In this document: positions 60,545 to 64,000 of the stretch, piece after piece | Layout of the letters: each line of letters starts with the position of its first letter | How positions within the stretch are numbered: position 1 is the stretch's first letter | Source: Actinomycetes bacterium | GTDB lineage: Bacteria; Actinomycetota; Acidimicrobiia; Acidimicrobiales; Bog-793 | Direction: 5' to 3' | Assembly (NCBI GenBank): GCA_021796535.1 | Contig: JAKABW010000002.1 | Coordinates: forward strand, 7,699 to 71,698 | Length of the DNA stretch: 64,000 bases | Position numbers and translations under genes: made by a program | Notes under the pieces: generated by a model | What the model saw: only the letters and a program-made list of their open reading frames with translations | Database searches by the model: none | What the model was told of the DNA's origin: nothing

Positions 60545-60677
60545 TGGGAAAGCGGGGCCTAACCCCCACCTTTTCACCGTAATTTTTGCGTGTGGCTGGG
60601 TCATGGTTTTATCGGTTTTGCTGACCCTTGGTTTATGTCGTAAAAGTATTGCGACGTTTTGAAAGGAGTGAGGCCCG
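60545..60677 (+). promoter_or_regulatory. Candidate ribosomal protein L20 leader of infC-rpmI-rplT
   Basis: AAGCGGGG..CCCCCACC element resembling my recollection of L20 leaders, in the expected position; not tested with a covariance model. Confidence 0.4.
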
Positions 60678-61352
60678 ATAACCACCGCATCTTCTGCCAA
60701 CGAGCTCAAAATGAATGACCGCATCCGAGCTCGTGAGGTACGCCTAGTCGGACCGGACGGAAATCAACTCGGCATCAAACCGATCGCCGAGGCTATTTCT
60801 ATTGCCCGCAGTATGGATCTGGATCTTGTGGAAGTTGCCCCCATGGCAAGTCCGCCTGTTTGCAGAATTTTGGACTACGGAAAATATAAGTTTGACGAAG
60901 CACAAAGAGCCAAAGAAACAAGACGCAAGTCTACGAATGTTGCGATCAAGGAAATGAAATATAGGCCCAAGATCGGACAAGGCGATTTTGAAACAAAAAC
61001 CAGACAGGTTTTGAAATTCCTTGCCGAGGGCCATAAAGTCAAGGTCACAATCATGTTCAAAGGCAGGGAAGTATATTATCCGGAACTCGGACAACAAATC
61101 GTTGACCGCATTGCCGAACAGGCGCAAAGCATCGCCAAGATTGAAAGCGAAGCCAGGCTTGACGGACGCAATATGGTGATGGTCCTTGCCCCGGATAAGC
61201 GAGCCATGCGTTCTGTATCGGCAAAATCGTCACCAAAACCGCCCGGGTCCAAGAATCCCCCGGAGGAGTCGCAAGTGCTGACCGTCGAGGAAAACACTTC
61301 CGGTCAGACAGAAGAAAAAGCGATGGCATTATCAGAGGCTGAAAACGCCTAG
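60678..61352 (+). CDS. infC: Translation initiation factor IF-3 (probable AUA start)
   Basis: NDRIRA.EVRLV, DLDLVEVAP and PPVCRILDYGK; in-frame ATA at 60678 after AAAGGAG. Confidence 0.95.
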   Translation: MTTASSANELKMNDRIRAREVRLVGPDGNQLGIKPIAEAISIARSMDLDLVEVAPMASPPVCRILDYGKYKFDEAQRAKETRRKSTNVAIKEMKYRPKIGQGDFETKTRQVLKFLAEGHKVKVTIMFKGREVYYPELGQQIVDRIAEQAQSIAKIESEARLDGRNMVMVLAPDKRAMRSVSAKSSPKPPGSKNPPEESQVLTVEENTSGQTEEKAMALSEAENA

Positions 61353-61435
61353 TAACAACATCAAGTTGTTGCGACAAACCAAGACAAACCAAACAGAATT
61401 TCAAAGTATTGAGTACATAAGAGGAAGAGGATAAA

Positions 61436-61630
61436 ATGCCTAAGATGAAAACGGACAGAGGGGCAGCGGCAAGGTTTAAGGTTACCTCCACGGGTAAAAT
61501 ACTCAGACAAAAAGCCAACAAGTCTCACTTGCTTGAGAAAAAGTCTTCTGTCAGGACAAGAAGACTTTCCGGAACAACGGAAGTTTCGCAGGGTGACAAA
61601 AAGCAAGTAAGACGTCTTCTCGGTATATAA
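61436..61630 (+). CDS. rpmI: 50S ribosomal protein L35
   Basis: MPKMKT..GAA.RFKVT..GK and HLLEKK. Confidence 0.97.
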   Translation: MPKMKTDRGAAARFKVTSTGKILRQKANKSHLLEKKSSVRTRRLSGTTEVSQGDKKQVRRLLGI

Positions 61631-61694
61631 AAATTTATCCGTACCTGGATTTTACAAACAGACAACACGTTGATTATAAGAAAGGGATTCTAAA

Positions 61695-62078
61695 GTGGCC
61701 AGGGTAAAAAGATCTGTAAACGGCAAGAAGCATCGCAGGGCGATACTGGATCAGGCCAAAGGGTATTATGGCAACAAATCAAGGACATTTCGTTCCGCCA
61801 ACGAACAGGTAATGCACTCGCTCGCCTACGCTTACCGCGACAGGAGAGCCAAAAAGGGAGATTTTCGCAGACTTTGGATTCAGAGAATAAACGCAGCCGC
61901 CAGGTTGGAAGGAATTTCTTACTCCAAACTGATTGCCGGCCTGCATCAGGCGGAAGTGGCAGTCGACAGAAAAGTGTTGGCCGACATAGCCGTCAATGAC
62001 AGAGAGACCTTTGCTTCTTTTGTAAAGATTGCCAAAGAACATCTCGATGGCGGCGGTCAATCTTCTTCCGAAAACTGA
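61695..62078 (+). CDS. rplT: 50S ribosomal protein L20
   Basis: MARVKR, AKGYYG and [25 protein letters not shown]. Confidence 0.98.
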   Translation: MARVKRSVNGKKHRRAILDQAKGYYGNKSRTFRSANEQVMHSLAYAYRDRRAKKGDFRRLWIQRINAAARLEGISYSKLIAGLHQAEVAVDRKVLADIAVNDRETFASFVKIAKEHLDGGGQSSSEN

Positions 62079-62144
62079 TACGCATCGGTATCCGAAATCG
62101 GAAGCCGGGCTCTTCGTCTGACCGGCCAAAAATATGTTTCATCC

Positions 62145-62182
62145 GAGTATCGGCCTTGTCGAATTGGACATGGCCGATACTC
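62145..62182 (+). terminator. Hairpin (possible tail-less terminator) after rplT
   Basis: GAGTATCGGCCtTGTC / GACAtGGCCGATACTC; no U tract. Confidence 0.5.
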
Positions 62183-62211
62183 ATTGTGTGTCGAGGGTTT
62201 GCGTGATATAA

Positions 62212-63036
62212 GTGAGCGAAATTGTTTTGGCGCAACGCCATTATAAAGTCCAGCGTCTGAAGCGCCTTGTTCAAAATAAATCTTACAGAAAGACTGAGCG
62301 CAAATTCGTTGTCGAAGGCGTCAATTCTTTGAAAGCCGCCGTCGCCGCCAAAGCAGATATCGAATCTGTTTTTTACGATCCCGGTGTTCAAAATAACGAA
62401 GAGTCTTTTTCGCTTCTGCTTGCCCTGCAAGCGCAGGGTATCCGTTGTTATGAGTTGAAACCGGGCGTAATGGATAAGGTGGCCGATGCCGTCACGCCGC
62501 AGCCCATCTGTGCCATTGTGGAGATGAAAGAAAATTCAATTTCTTTTCTGGATACCGTACTGTCTTCGGAGAACGCGGACACGGCGGTTGTTTTGGTGGC
62601 GGCAGACATCAGAGATCCCGGCAATTTGGGTACGCTGTACAGGATAGCCGATGCCTCCTCCGCCGCGGCTGTGGTAACGACAAAAGGGTGTGCCGATCCT
62701 TTTTCACCCAAAACGGTACGTTCTTCCGCCGGATCGGTTTTCAACATTCCTTTGGTGACGGAAGCGGAAACCGCGGAGCTGGTCTCTTTTTTGAAAGAAC
62801 GCGGATTTTTTCTGCTGGCAGCCGATGCCAGAGACGGCGCGAATTATGTCGGGTACGATTACAAATATCCTCTGGCTCTCTTTTTTGGCAACGAGTCGCA
62901 CGGTCTGAACAGTCAGGTGCTGGACACCTGTGACGCATCGGTGAAAATTTTTATGGGGGGCGGCGCGGAGTCCCTCAATGTGGCGATATCGGCGGCGGTA
63001 ATCTGTTTTGAAATCAAGCGCCGCCGAGACGTTTGA
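62212..63036 (+). CDS. TrmH/SpoU-family RNA 2'-O-methyltransferase
   Basis: FVVEG, DPGNLGTLYR, FGNESHGL and AESLNVA; usual rplT-pheS position. Confidence 0.92.
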   Translation: MSEIVLAQRHYKVQRLKRLVQNKSYRKTERKFVVEGVNSLKAAVAAKADIESVFYDPGVQNNEESFSLLLALQAQGIRCYELKPGVMDKVADAVTPQPICAIVEMKENSISFLDTVLSSENADTAVVLVAADIRDPGNLGTLYRIADASSAAAVVTTKGCADPFSPKTVRSSAGSVFNIPLVTEAETAELVSFLKERGFFLLAADARDGANYVGYDYKYPLALFFGNESHGLNSQVLDTCDASVKIFMGGGAESLNVAISAAVICFEIKRRRDV

Positions 63037-63103
63037 CTAGTATCATAAAGCTATGCCGGCCGCAGCCGGCAAATGCGTTTATGCGAGTGTGAAGGCTCAA
63101 GAC

Positions 63104-64000
63104 ATGGAAGAAAAAATAAAGACCATCATCGCGACTCTGGATTCTCTTGTCGCAGAAGGAATATCGGCTTTTGAAGAAGTCGGCGAATTGGCGGCCTTGT
63201 CCGCTTTGGAGTCTTTATATCTCGGGAAAAAGTCTGTCCTGGGTGGGGTCAAAAAAGAAATGTCTTCACTCGATCCAGAAGAAAGAAGATCGGTGGGGGA
63301 AAAGCTCAATGCGGCCAGGGAAACTTTGGAGAAGAAGGCGCGACATAAAAAAGAACTGCTGGAAGCGGCCCAACTGAAAAGACAAATCGAAGAAGATATC
63401 TGTGACATAACGGAAGTCAATATCGCCGGACTTTATGGGCACCTGCATTTGGTCAGCCAGATACGCCAGGAGCTTGAGGATATTTTTCTTGGCTTGGGCT
63501 ATGAAATAGCCGAGGGAAACGAAATTGAATCCGACTGGTACAATTTTACAGCGCTGAACGTGGATCCCGATCACCCTGCCCGCACCATGCAGGACAGCTT
63601 TTATCTCGATACGGTTGACGGCAGTTCGATCCTGTTGCGCACCCATACTTCCCCCGTACAGGTACATTTACTGGAAAGAGGGGAATTCCCCATTTATGCG
63701 ATCTGTCCCGGCCGCGTCTATCGGCGCGATACGGCGGATCCCAGACACCTGCCTGTTTTTCATCAGATAGAGGGTCTGGTGGTGGATGAGGGGATCGGCT
63801 TTGCGGATTTGAGGGGAACAGTCGAAGTCTCCATGCAGGCCATTTTTGGCAGCGAGACAAAGACACGGCTGCGACCCGGGTATTTTCCTTTTACCGAACC
63901 TTCCGCCGAGTTCGATATAACTTGTGTTATCTGTAAGGGCCAAGGATGCAGAACCTGCGGCGGCCAGGGCTGGATAGAGTTGGGAGGCTGCGGACTGGTA
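63104..64000 (+). CDS. pheS: Phenylalanine--tRNA ligase alpha subunit (truncated by the window end)
   Basis: Read by eye (absent from the ORF track because no stop is in the window): YLGKK, NFTALN..DHPARTMQDSF, LRTHTSPVQ, PGRVYR and YFPFTEPS. Confidence 0.95.
   Translation, partial: MEEKIKTIIATLDSLVAEGISAFEEVGELAALSALESLYLGKKSVLGGVKKEMSSLDPEERRSVGEKLNAARETLEKKARHKKELLEAAQLKRQIEEDICDITEVNIAGLYGHLHLVSQIRQELEDIFLGLGYEIAEGNEIESDWYNFTALNVDPDHPARTMQDSFYLDTVDGSSILLRTHTSPVQVHLLERGEFPIYAICPGRVYRRDTADPRHLPVFHQIEGLVVDEGIGFADLRGTVEVSMQAIFGSETKTRLRPGYFPFTEPSAEFDITCVICKGQGCRTCGGQGWIELGGCGLV

Overview
Chromosomal window, most likely from an Acidimicrobiia-like actinobacterium. This is inferred from DUF1844 beside infC, the ppnK-recN-pyrG-nudix-xerD order, ftsQ-ftsZ without ftsA, DUF929, and many apparently leaderless starts. 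Order of contents: envelope glycosylation/stress genes (YfhO-like GT-C, DedA, Prx6, GT87-like); rel, DD-carboxypeptidase, hisS; a ~20.6 kb type IVa pilus locus (two large PilX-like pilins, PilW, PilV, PilA, a frameshifted IS1634-family element, PilO, a PilM-PilN fusion, PilC, a PilT carrying a PilB-type N1/MshEN-like domain, a PilB with two such domains, PilD, a second PilT/PilU); a dcw cluster lacking murF, murD and ddl; then housekeeping genes (ppnK, recN, pyrG, nudix, xerD, def, fmt, rpe, hisG, infC, rpmI, rplT, TrmH-type methylase, truncated pheS). No rRNA, tRNA or CRISPR array was seen. The most unusual points are the pilus motor/tip architecture, the cleanly trimmed dcw operon with insertion-laden enzymes, and the in-frame def-TAG-fmt junction. 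All calls come from reading motifs by eye; no database search was run.
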